Of a stretch of DNA of 64,000 nucleotides, positions 25,642 to 34,200 are shown piece after piece. The position numbers were made by a program, and so were the translations under genes. The notes under the pieces are model-generated. The model did not search any database. It saw nothing but the letters and a program-made list of their open reading frames with translations, and was not told the DNA's origin. The DNA comes from Lutibacter sp. (GTDB taxonomy: Bacteria; Bacteroidota; Bacteroidia; Flavobacteriales; Flavobacteriaceae): assembly GCF_021647475.1 (NCBI RefSeq), contig NZ_JAKIUR010000001.1, positions 80,763 to 144,762 on the forward strand, written 5' to 3'. The first letter of the stretch is position 1; each line of letters opens with the position of its first letter.

Positions 25642-26258
25642 TATATTATATTTTTTAATTTATTATTTATTTTTTTAATTTTAGAAACTGTATTTGGGTG
25701 TAGCCCAATAATTTTTGCTACTTCGCTTTGCTTATAGCCTTCCTCTAATAATTTCACTGCTTTTTTATTTTTCTTCTTGTTTAAGAAAGTTAATCCACTT
25801 TCAGAGGTTCCTTTTCTTCTACCATCATAAACTCCTTTTGCTTTTGCAATAGCAATACCTTCTAACTGCCGTTCCCTAATTAAGTTTCGCTCCATTTCAG
25901 CAACAACTCCTAAAATCGAAATAATCATTTTAGATATTGCATTTTCTTTACTATCTTCATCAAGTGTTTTTAATCCTTGTTGAAGAAAATTGATATTAAC
26001 TTTCTTTTGATTAAATATTGCTATTGTATTAAGTATATCAATTAGATTTCTACCCAGTCTATCAATTTGATGAACATTTAATGAAGTGATTGAATTATTA
26101 TTTAAAAGTTTTAAAATTTTCTTTCCACCATCTCTCTCAAAAAAAGGAATAGTTCCTGAACATTTATCTTCAATTATTAAATTGTAATCTTTTTTATGAA
26201 GAAGTTGTCTGTCATTGTTTTGAATCAATGTTGAAACTCTTGTATATAATATGTCCAT
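25641..26258 (-). CDS. Serine recombinase (resolvase/invertase family)
   Basis: YTRVST catalytic Ser, DRLGRN, ERNLIRERQLEGI..AK..G, C-terminal HTH. Confidence 0.93.
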   Translation of the reverse strand: MDILYTRVSTLIQNNDRQLLHKKDYNLIIEDKCSGTIPFFERDGGKKILKLLNNNSITSLNVHQIDRLGRNLIDILNTIAIFNQKKVNINFLQQGLKTLDEDSKENAISKMIISILGVVAEMERNLIRERQLEGIAIAKAKGVYDGRRKGTSESGLTFLNKKKNKKAVKLLEEGYKQSEVAKIIGLHPNTVSKIKKINNKLKNII

Positions 26259-26375
26259 TTTATCTTATTTTTAGATTAGTACTTTGTTTACCCTATTATT
26301 GTGATGAAACTTGTATTAATTGTTCAATTAAGGGTCTTAAATCTAATTTCATTTAGCTCTAATTTTAAGTACACT

Positions 26376-26612
26376 CTAATTTTGGTTATGAAATGAGTTT
26401 TTTAACAACTGATAGTTAGAATTGGTAAAAGCCAATATTTTAAAAATATAACCAAATAGATAAATACCACCCATAACTACAACACCAACTTTAATAAGTT
26501 TAAATGTTTTGGACTTTAAAGCCTCATCTATTAATTCTTCTTTATTTTTAAAAATTAAATTACTTGTTTTCATCTTTCTTGTTTTTAGTATTTTCAATAA
26601 AATAAAATGCAC
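26376..26612 (-). CDS. Small single-TM hypothetical protein
   Basis: Hydrophobic VGVVVMGGIYLFGYIF; likely start at the internal ATG (MKTSN). Confidence 0.5.
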   Translation of the reverse strand: MHFILLKILKTRKMKTSNLIFKNKEELIDEALKSKTFKLIKVGVVVMGGIYLFGYIFKILAFTNSNYQLLKNSFHNQN

Positions 26613-26751
26613 TAATTATGATTACAATTAATATAATTGAACTTGTTAGTAGTTTATTTTCATTTTTTAAATTAGATATAGTTTGTTCTTGGTTTAGAAC
26701 ATTTAAACTACTTGGTATTAATACCTCTTTATTTAATTCTATATTTGTCAT
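26560..26751 (-). CDS. Small single-TM hypothetical protein
   Basis: TM SSIILIVIIISAFYFI; start overlaps the stop of the upstream ORF. Confidence 0.5.
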   Translation of the reverse strand: MTNIELNKEVLIPSSLNVLNQEQTISNLKNENKLLTSSIILIVIIISAFYFIENTKNKKDENK

Positions 26752-27104
26752 TGTTTCATAATTTTAATAGTATTATTATCTAATTTGAAAAAAGCATAAT
26801 TATAAATACCATAGATTGTTGTATTACCTTCTTTCATTATATGAGTCAAAATACTAAAGTCAAAACCTTTCCCTTTTAAGAACTCATTATTTAAAATTAA
26901 TTCTTGTCTATCCTCTAATAATTCAACTATTATTTTATAGTTTTTTAATAACCTTTTGTTAATAGATTTAACTATTTTTTGAAGTTTTCTATTTTTAATA
27001 TTATTAAATGTAATTCTATTATAAGCAGTTGCATAAATTTGGTTATTCCTTTTTGGAATAAAAGTTTCACCACTAAAAGGACATTTTTTCTTTGTTTTAT
27101 CCAT
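26748..27104 (-). CDS. Hypothetical protein
   Basis: CPFSGETF.PKR.NQ.Y N-terminus; ATG start within a compact operon. Confidence 0.6.
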   Translation of the reverse strand: MDKTKKKCPFSGETFIPKRNNQIYATAYNRITFNNIKNRKLQKIVKSINKRLLKNYKIIVELLEDRQELILNNEFLKGKGFDFSILTHIMKEGNTTIYGIYNYAFFKLDNNTIKIMKQ

Positions 27105-27160
27105 TTTTAATTATTTTAAATTCTTTTTATTTGTTTTAATTTAAATTTTTGTATTTGTTA

Positions 27161-27730
27161 TTAAAGGAATTTTCTACTTTTCCCATATACTCTCTTACGT
27201 TTACCTATATAGTATATCTCTTTCTTTAATAGGTAATTCATTAATCTTGGTTTATTAGTTACCATTGCTGAGTGAATCCTAGTTCCCTTAAATTTCAGTT
27301 TAAATTCTTTTGGTAATTTCTTACCTTTTATATTTATCTTTTCAATAGCTAGTACAAGATGAAAATGCATACCACCATATTCTCCTCTATCAACTAACCA
27401 TACATATCCTAGTACAGTAATACCTATCTTTTTTAACTGTCTTTTAAGTTTAAATAATATATTGCTTATGTGTTTTGTAGAATTAAAATCTACTCCTATT
27501 TCTATCATTGTATATTTTGAGTTAGATATGTATTTTTTTAAAAAAGAAGTAATTAATTTGTTTCTTTTATACTTCATTATCTGAACATCATTTATAATAA
27601 ACCGTTGCCCATTTATTTTATTAATGAAAGTTTTTTCACGATTAGGGTTTCTAGTAGAATTGATGTAATTACTTGCTTTAAGTCGTTTAGACATCTTGGA
27701 GAAGTCTTTACAGTATAAAAAATCGGTCAT
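27161..27730 (-). CDS. HUH-endonuclease, rolling-circle Rep-like protein
   Basis: GYVWLVD..GGMHFHLVL (motif 2, HUH), NYLLK (motif 3, YxxK), RxYGxSR tail. Confidence 0.6.
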   Translation of the reverse strand: MTDFLYCKDFSKMSKRLKASNYINSTRNPNREKTFINKINGQRFIINDVQIMKYKRNKLITSFLKKYISNSKYTMIEIGVDFNSTKHISNILFKLKRQLKKIGITVLGYVWLVDRGEYGGMHFHLVLAIEKINIKGKKLPKEFKLKFKGTRIHSAMVTNKPRLMNYLLKKEIYYIGKRKRVYGKSRKFL

Positions 27731-27732
27731 AG

Positions 27733-27939
27733 TTATAAGAATTTAGGTTTTGTAGCGTTAATATTTTCTTCAGTAAGAGAATCAGCATAAATAAGTACAC
27801 TTCGCCCATTTTTAAATGCCTTTATTCTACCATCTCTAATTAATCTGTCAATTTTTTTTGTTGAGCATCTTAGTATTAATCCTGCTTCGGTGCGTGTACA
27901 ATAATTTAATGTTTCCATTTCATCTACGTTTGAATTCAA
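27733..27939 (-). CDS. Excisionase-like HTH DNA-binding protein
   Basis: TRTEAGLILRCS..KIDRLIRDGRIKAFKNGRSVLI matches the HTH_17/Xis pattern. Confidence 0.8.
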   Translation of the reverse strand: MNSNVDEMETLNYCTRTEAGLILRCSTKKIDRLIRDGRIKAFKNGRSVLIYADSLTEENINATKPKFL

Positions 27940-28041
27940 AATTAGATAGAAGTCTTAATTTAGGGCATAAAAAAATCGTCCATAAGGAATGAAAAAATTC
28001 AAATCATTTTGGACGATTTTTATTTGGAAATAATATTAATT

Positions 28042-28911
28042 TTATTTAAAGTCGGAAAAAAAAGTCTTTACTTCTTTGGTAAGTGCAGTATTTGCTTCTT
28101 TGGTATCACTATAAGCCTTGCCCTCAATAGCAGTAATAATTTCAACATAAACTGGTTTAAACAATTTATTACGTTGATTAGAAATTACACCTTTATTAAT
28201 GATGAATATTCTTTTTAGCAATTTTTTAAAAGTACTTCTTATTTTTTTTTGAGTATGTTCCTGAATACTTTCTATTTTTTCAAGAATATCTCCAATATCC
28301 TTAGTATTGAAAGATTTATAGAAGTATTTAGTATATTCTAATTTGAATTCAAAATTTGATATTTCTGATGGACTAATTTCGTCCAATTCTTTGGAATATT
28401 TCATAAAATCTCTAAAATCCTTATTGAAATCGAGAAACAAATTTGCTTTAGGATTATCAGAGTAACTAACTATAGAATAAAGTTTTAGAAAAAATGATTT
28501 ATATAAAAGTAGATAAATACTAGAATAAAAATCTTTTTTATTAAATACAGCAATTTCATTAATTCTATTTAAAGAAATTTCCAATATCTGAAAGTCAACC
28601 TTAAATTGATTTAATAAATTAACAAATGACATTTTATCTCTTATAAAAGGAGAACTAATATCAGCTTTCTTTAACTTTAGAGTAGACTGTATTAAAATTG
28701 GAAAAAAAATTGAAAAAACAGGAAGAAGTTCATAACCTTTCTTTTCATTAATTAGATTCACAAAGCCTTGATTGATAGTAAAATCATTAGACATATCAAA
28801 GAAATTAAGCGTTGAGAGTTTGTGTTCTTGTAAATCTTCTATTGACCCCATTTTAATAAAGTCATGAATAAAAAAATAAACTATTGGAAATTTCAAGCCA
28901 TTTTTATACAT
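28042..28911 (-). CDS. Hypothetical protein (island)
   Basis: 289-aa ORF next to the att end; no recognisable motif. Confidence 0.55.
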   Translation of the reverse strand: MYKNGLKFPIVYFFIHDFIKMGSIEDLQEHKLSTLNFFDMSNDFTINQGFVNLINEKKGYELLPVFSIFFPILIQSTLKLKKADISSPFIRDKMSFVNLLNQFKVDFQILEISLNRINEIAVFNKKDFYSSIYLLLYKSFFLKLYSIVSYSDNPKANLFLDFNKDFRDFMKYSKELDEISPSEISNFEFKLEYTKYFYKSFNTKDIGDILEKIESIQEHTQKKIRSTFKKLLKRIFIINKGVISNQRNKLFKPVYVEIITAIEGKAYSDTKEANTALTKEVKTFFSDFK

Positions 28912-29000
28912 TAGAAATTAAATTAAAGTGGACACAAATTGGACACACGAAGGTATAAAAAAATCTCAAACCCTTATATAATAAAGGCTAGAGATTTATA

Positions 29001-29075
29001 TGGTGACTCCACCAGGACTCGAACCTGGATCTAAAGTTTAGGAAACTTCTATTCTATCCCTTGAACTATGGAGCC
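29001..29075 (-). tRNA. tRNA-Arg (anticodon CCT)
   Basis: GGCTCCATAGTTCAAGGGATAGAATAGAAGTTTCCTAAACTTTAGATCCAGGTTCGAGTCCTGGTGGAGTCACCA folds as a cloverleaf; anticodon loop TT-CCT-AA. Confidence 0.95.
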
Positions 29076-29080
29076 TAATC

Positions 29081-29109
29081 AAAAAAAGCCACACCATAGT
29101 GTAGCTTTT
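29081..29109 (-). terminator. Terminator-like hairpin between tRNA-Asn and tRNA-Arg
   Basis: Minus strand AAAAGCTACAC-TATG-GTGTGGCTTTTTTT. Confidence 0.6.
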
Positions 29110-29118
29110 AATAGGTTG

Positions 29119-29192
29119 CTCCTCCTCTTGGGCTCGAACCAAGGACCCTCTGATTAACAGTCAGATGCTCTAACCAACTGAGCTAAGGAGGA
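29119..29192 (-). tRNA. tRNA-Asn (anticodon GTT)
   Basis: TCCTCCTTAGCTCAGTTGGTTAGAGCATCTGACTGTTAATCAGAGGGTCCTTGGTTCGAGCCCAAGAGGAGGAG. Confidence 0.96.
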
Positions 29193-29215
29193 ATTTAATT
29201 TCTCAATTGCGAGTG

Positions 29216-29245
29216 CAAATATACAAGGTTTTATACTTTTTGCAA
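29216..29245 (-). promoter_or_regulatory. Bacteroidota sigma-A promoter of the tRNA pair
   Basis: Minus strand TTG-N19-TATATTTG (consensus -33 TTG / -7 TAnnTTTG). Confidence 0.7.
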
Positions 29246-29479
29246 GACTTTTTTTAAAAAAATAAATCTTTTTAATTTATTAAATTCACCTTTACTATTT
29301 AAAAGTAAGATTCCTTTTATAAAATTATAAAAAATAAAACACTAATAGTAACAATATCAGATATTAAACTTCCTAATTTACACAATTCATAAAAAAATGT
29401 AAATATCTACTTTTAAAAATGTACATATTCCTAAAAATTGTATTTTTACCGCCTATAATAGATACTACTAACTAAAATT

Positions 29480-32209
29480 ATGGATAAATTTTCATTCTTA
29501 AATACTGTTCATACAGGATTTATTGCTGATTTATATGATCAGTATTTACTGAATCCTGATGCTGTTGAACCTAGTTGGAAAAGTTTTTTTCAAGGCTATG
29601 ATTTTGCCAATGAAAATTACGCTAACACTTCTTCTGAAAAAAACTATGAACTTCCTGAAAATGTATTAAAAGAATTTAAAGTAATCGATCTTATAAACGG
29701 ATACCGATCAAGAGGTCATTTATTTACTAAAACAAATCCGGTTCGTGAACGCAGAAAATATGAGCCAACACTAGCAATTGAAAATTTCGGGTTATCAAAA
29801 AACGATTTGAATACCGTTTTTGATGCTGGTGAATTAATTGGAACAGGAAAAGCTACTCTTAAAGAAATAATCGCTCATCTTGAAGCCATTTATTGTGATG
29901 CTATTGGGGTTGAGTATATGTATATTAGAAATCCTGAAGAAATTAAATGGATTCAAAAAAAATTATTTTACAATCACGCTGTACATAAATATTCAACCGA
30001 ATCTAAAAAATATATTCTTAAAAAACTAACACAAGCCGTTACTTTTGAAAGTTTTTTACAAACAAAATATGTTGGTCAAAAAAGGTTTTCATTAGAAGGT
30101 GGCGAAACCATAATCCCTGCAATAAGTGCCGTTATCAGAAATGCAGTGGAACAATATGATGTAGAAGAATTTGTTTTAGGTATGGCTCATCGCGGTCGAT
30201 TAAATACCTTATCCAATATTTTTAGAAAACCAATGCATGAGCTTTTTAGTGAATTTGAAGGAAAAGATTTTGAGGAAAAAGAATTTGATGGTGATGTTAA
30301 ATATCATTTAGGCTTAACTACCACCAAAACGCTAAAAAACAACAAAGAACTGAAGATGAATTTAGTTCCAAATCCTTCTCATTTAGAAACTGTTGGACCA
30401 GTTGCTGAAGGTATTTCAAGAGCTAAAATCGATTTGGAATATAATGGAAATAATTCAAAACTGCTTCCTATTATTGTGCACGGAGATGCCGCAATTGCTG
30501 GTCAAGGAGTGGTTTATGAAGTTATTCAAATGAGTAAATTAAATGGCTATTCCACGGGTGGAACCATTCATATTGTAATTAATAATCAAATTGGTTTTAC
30601 CACCAATTATTTAGATGCGCGTTCCAGCACTTATTGTACCGATGTTGCAAAAGTTACCCTTTCTCCTGTACTTCACGTTAATGCGGATGATGTAGAAGCC
30701 GTAGTCCAAGCCATTGAATTAGCGCTAGATTTTAGAATGAAATTTAAACGCGATATTTTTATTGACTTACTTGGTTACAGAAAATACGGACATAATGAAG
30801 GTGATGAACCTCGTTTTACGCAACCTAAATTATATAAAGCAATTGCCAAGCATTCAAATCCTAGAGATATTTATGCTCAAAAATTAATGGAAGAAGGCGT
30901 TATTGATGCCAACTATTTAACAAATTCCATTGCAGAGTATAAAGATTTTTTAGAAACAGAATTTAAAGAAGCTAAAAAATCTAAAACTTCTAAAGTTCGT
31001 GAATTTATGCATGATACTTGGAAAGATTTTACAAGAAAAGGTTTACAAGAAATGTTGCTTGCTGAAAACACTACTTATCCTACCAATAAATTAAAAGAAA
31101 TTGCTGCAGTTATTTCCACAGTTCCTGAAAATGTAAAATTTTTAAGAAAAGCTGAACGAATTTTACGAGACCGAAACAAAATGGTTTTTGAATCTAATAA
31201 AATGGATTGGGGAATGGCAGAAACCTTGGCGTATGGAAGTTTATTAGAAGAAGGTTTTAATATTCGCATATCAGGGCAAGATGTTGAACGCGGAACTTTT
31301 AGTCATCGCCACGCTATTCTACGAGACGAAATTTCAGAAGAACGCATAAATTTGTTAAATACCATTCCTAATAATAGAGGTAAAATGAATATTTACAATT
31401 CATTATTATCAGAATATGCTGTACTTGGTTTTGACTATGGCTACGCTATGGCAAATCCAAATACCTTAACTATTTGGGAAGCTCAATTTGGAGATTTTAG
31501 TAACGGTGCTCAAATTATATTTGATCAATATATATCAGCTGCCGAAGATAAGTGGAAACTTCAAAACGGAATTGTATTATTGCTTCCTCACGGATATGAA
31601 GGTCAAGGGTCAGAACATTCTTCAGCTAGAATAGAACGCTATTTACAACTTTGTGCAGTAGATAATATGACGATGGCAAATTGTACCACTCCAGCTAACT
31701 TTTATCATTTATTACGTCGTCAAATGAAACGTAATTTTAGGAAACCTTTAATTGTTTTTACACCTAAAAGTTTGCTCCGTCATCCATTAGCAACTTCTAC
31801 CATTGAAGAATTATCCGATGGTAATTTTCAAGAAGTAATAGATGATACTATCAAAAAAGAAAATATTACGAAACTGGTATTTTGTAGCGGAAAATTTTAT
31901 TATGATTTATTAGCTGAACGTACAAAATTAGAAAGAAATGATATCGCTTTGGTGAGAATTGAACAATTATTTCCGTTACATATAAATAAATTACAAGAAA
32001 TAATTGATAAATATATAAAGGTGAAAAGTTATATTTGGGCACAAGAAGAACCAGAAAATATGGGAGCTTGGAGTTATTTATTACAACGATTTAGATTGGT
32101 GAATTTAGAAGTTGCATCTCAACCGTTTTATGCAGTGCCAGCCGCAGGTTCATCGGCACGATTTAAAAGAAGGCATCAACGTATTCTTGATAAAGTATTT
32201 AAAAACTAA
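29480..32209 (+). CDS. sucA: 2-oxoglutarate dehydrogenase E1
   Basis: KRFSLEGGE, GMAHRGRLN, DVKYHLG, HGDAA, GHNEGDEP, WEAQFGDF, GPEHSS-like GSEHSSAR. Confidence 0.98.
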   Translation: MDKFSFLNTVHTGFIADLYDQYLLNPDAVEPSWKSFFQGYDFANENYANTSSEKNYELPENVLKEFKVIDLINGYRSRGHLFTKTNPVRERRKYEPTLAIENFGLSKNDLNTVFDAGELIGTGKATLKEIIAHLEAIYCDAIGVEYMYIRNPEEIKWIQKKLFYNHAVHKYSTESKKYILKKLTQAVTFESFLQTKYVGQKRFSLEGGETIIPAISAVIRNAVEQYDVEEFVLGMAHRGRLNTLSNIFRKPMHELFSEFEGKDFEEKEFDGDVKYHLGLTTTKTLKNNKELKMNLVPNPSHLETVGPVAEGISRAKIDLEYNGNNSKLLPIIVHGDAAIAGQGVVYEVIQMSKLNGYSTGGTIHIVINNQIGFTTNYLDARSSTYCTDVAKVTLSPVLHVNADDVEAVVQAIELALDFRMKFKRDIFIDLLGYRKYGHNEGDEPRFTQPKLYKAIAKHSNPRDIYAQKLMEEGVIDANYLTNSIAEYKDFLETEFKEAKKSKTSKVREFMHDTWKDFTRKGLQEMLLAENTTYPTNKLKEIAAVISTVPENVKFLRKAERILRDRNKMVFESNKMDWGMAETLAYGSLLEEGFNIRISGQDVERGTFSHRHAILRDEISEERINLLNTIPNNRGKMNIYNSLLSEYAVLGFDYGYAMANPNTLTIWEAQFGDFSNGAQIIFDQYISAAEDKWKLQNGIVLLLPHGYEGQGSEHSSARIERYLQLCAVDNMTMANCTTPANFYHLLRRQMKRNFRKPLIVFTPKSLLRHPLATSTIEELSDGNFQEVIDDTIKKENITKLVFCSGKFYYDLLAERTKLERNDIALVRIEQLFPLHINKLQEIIDKYIKVKSYIWAQEEPENMGAWSYLLQRFRLVNLEVASQPFYAVPAAGSSARFKRRHQRILDKVFKN

Positions 32210-32243
32210 TTAAAATAATTGATAAAATATTAAAATAAGTTTT

Positions 32244-32322
32244 CGTCAACCTGAACTTGTTTCAGGTTCACATACAACTAGCAATCAAAACTATGAGATT
32301 CTGAAACAAGTTCAGAATGACG
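32244..32322. repeat. REPIN-like doublet (two inverted REP hairpins)
   Basis: CGTCAACCTGAACTTGTTTCAGGTTC...GATTCTGAAACAAGTTCAGAATGACG between sucA and sucB. Confidence 0.85.
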
Positions 32323-32365
32323 TTTAAAAAACTTTTTTACTGTATTTTTAAAAAGTAAAATTAAG

Positions 32366-33577
32366 ATGATTTTAGAAATGAAAGTTCCCTCTCCGGGAGA
32401 GTCTATTACAGAAGTAGAAATTGCAACTTGGTTAGTTGCAGATGGTGATTATGTAGAAAAAGATCAACCCATTGCTGAAGTTGATTCAGATAAAGCAACT
32501 TTAGAATTACCTGCTGAAGAAAGTGGTATAATCACTTTAAAAGCAGAAGAAGGAGATGTAGTTGCCGTTGGTGCAATAATTTGTTTGATTGATTTAGATG
32601 GTAAAAAACCTGAAGGTGTTGTTGCAAATAAAGAAGCTAAAATTGAAACGCCAAAAATTGCTGAAAAACCAGTCACTTCAAGCACACTTGAGAAAACCTA
32701 TGCAAGTGGAACAGCTTCTCCAGCAGCTAAAAAAATATTAGATGAAAAAAATATTAAATCTGATGAGGTAAAAGGGAGTGGACGAGATGGTAGAATTACC
32801 AAAGATGATGCTGTAAATGCAGTTCCTAGTATGGGGGCTCCAACTGGAGGATCACGTAATTCAGAGCGTAAAAAAATGTCAATGCTTCGTAGAAAAGTGG
32901 CTCAACGCTTGGTTGCGGTAAAAAATGAAACGGCAATGCTTACTACTTTTAATGAAGTTGATATGCAACCTATTTTTGATTTGAGAAAAGAATTTAAAGA
33001 AGATTTCAAATCAAAACACGGTGTTGGTTTAGGATTTATGAGCTTTTTTACTTTGGCTGTGGTTAGAGCTTTAAAATTATTTCCAGATGTAAATGCTATG
33101 ATTGATGGAGATTATAAAATTATGCACAATTTTCAAGATATTTCCATTGCGGTTTCCGGGCCAAAAGGATTAATGGTTCCTGTAATTAGAAATGCTGAAA
33201 ACTTATCATTTAGAGGTGTTGAAAGTGAAGTAAAACGTTTGGCTTTAAGAGCTAGAGAAGGTGAAATTACCGTTGATGAAATGACTGGTGGAACATTTAC
33301 CATTACAAACGGAGGTGTGTTTGGATCTATGCTATCAACTCCAATTATCAATCCTCCACAAAGTGGAATTTTAGGAATGCACAATATTATTGAACGTCCA
33401 GTTGCTATTAATGGCGAAGTGGTTATCAGACCAATAATGTACGTTGCGCTATCTTATGACCATAGAGTTATTGATGGACGTGAATCGGTAGGATTTTTAG
33501 TGGCTGTAAAAGAAGCTCTAGAAAATCCTGTGGATATTTTAATGAATAATGATATTAAAAAAGCTTTGGAATTGTAA
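32366..33577 (+). CDS. sucB: 2-oxoglutarate dehydrogenase E2, dihydrolipoyl succinyltransferase
   Basis: Lipoyl DSDKAT, E3-binding [10 protein letters not shown], catalytic DHRVIDG. Confidence 0.98.
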   Translation: MILEMKVPSPGESITEVEIATWLVADGDYVEKDQPIAEVDSDKATLELPAEESGIITLKAEEGDVVAVGAIICLIDLDGKKPEGVVANKEAKIETPKIAEKPVTSSTLEKTYASGTASPAAKKILDEKNIKSDEVKGSGRDGRITKDDAVNAVPSMGAPTGGSRNSERKKMSMLRRKVAQRLVAVKNETAMLTTFNEVDMQPIFDLRKEFKEDFKSKHGVGLGFMSFFTLAVVRALKLFPDVNAMIDGDYKIMHNFQDISIAVSGPKGLMVPVIRNAENLSFRGVESEVKRLALRAREGEITVDEMTGGTFTITNGGVFGSMLSTPIINPPQSGILGMHNIIERPVAINGEVVIRPIMYVALSYDHRVIDGRESVGFLVAVKEALENPVDILMNNDIKKALEL

Positions 33578-33606
33578 TTATAACAACATGAAATAATAAA
33601 AAATAA

Positions 33607-33723
33607 CGTTATGCTGAACTCGTTTCATCATCTCATTTCTGTTTGATAACCAGTATTTTATTGAATACGACCCTGAAACAAGTTCAGGGTGACAACGTTA
33701 TGTAAGATTACGGACTATCAGAT
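33607..33723 (-). repeat. REP/REPIN-like element of the same family
   Basis: CGTTATGCTGAACTCGTTTCATCATCTC...GACCCTGAAACAAGTTCAGGGTGAC plus flank GATTACGGACTATCA, similar to copies 1-3. Confidence 0.8.
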
Positions 33724-33737
33724 TTTATTATCTCTAT

Positions 33738-34190
33738 TTAAAACTTAAATACTATTTTTTTTAAGTACAATCTATGTTTTTTATAATCAATAATTGCTTT
33801 ACCCTTTTCTAAAACATCGGCACCAATAATGCCATCAATAGCTTTTGCCTTATGCTCAGTTAAGGCTGTATTTACGTGAGTTAAATCAAGCAAAACCAAA
33901 GTCTGATTTTTGAATTTCCAATTTTGAATTTCGAGTTTATTTTTTGATGAAATTTTAGTTTCCATTCCTGTGGCACCAGCTCCAGCAGCTTTAGTTTCAG
34001 AATCTTCAACAATTAGTTTAAACTTTTCAGCTAAATCATTAGCTATACAAGAATTTGAAGCACCTGTATCTAAAATAAACCGACCTAAAACACCATTAAT
34101 AGCAACTTTTAGCTCAAAATGATTGGTATTTATTTTTTTTAGTTTTATTTGTATGTATCGTTTTCTTTTTAAAATTCTGCTTAGCCTCAT
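33738..34190 (-). CDS. Retropepsin-like (clan AA) aspartic protease
   Basis: FILDTGAS catalytic motif and DGIIGADVL. Confidence 0.9.
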   Translation of the reverse strand: MRLSRILKRKRYIQIKLKKINTNHFELKVAINGVLGRFILDTGASNSCIANDLAEKFKLIVEDSETKAAGAGATGMETKISSKNKLEIQNWKFKNQTLVLLDLTHVNTALTEHKAKAIDGIIGADVLEKGKAIIDYKKHRLYLKKIVFKF

Positions 34191-34200
34191 ACTTCAAAAT

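Larger units (their letters stand above)
17071..29015. mobile_element. ~11.9-kb integrative element/genomic island inserted in the 3' end of tRNA-Arg(CCT)
   Basis: 13-bp direct repeat GTGACTCCACCAG at 17071-17083 and 29003-29015 (tRNA 3' end); tyrosine integrase at one end, Xis-like HTH near the other; TGGACAC repeats at both ends. Confidence 0.9.

Noticed and set aside
26376-27939. Island as an inovirus (filamentous) prophage
   Set aside because: An HUH protein and small TM proteins are present, but no Zot/pI-like ATPase, which is the defining inovirus gene.
33738-34190. Retropepsin-like gene as a retroelement remnant
   Set aside because: No reverse transcriptase, gag or integrase is nearby; stand-alone clan AA proteases are ordinary bacterial genes.
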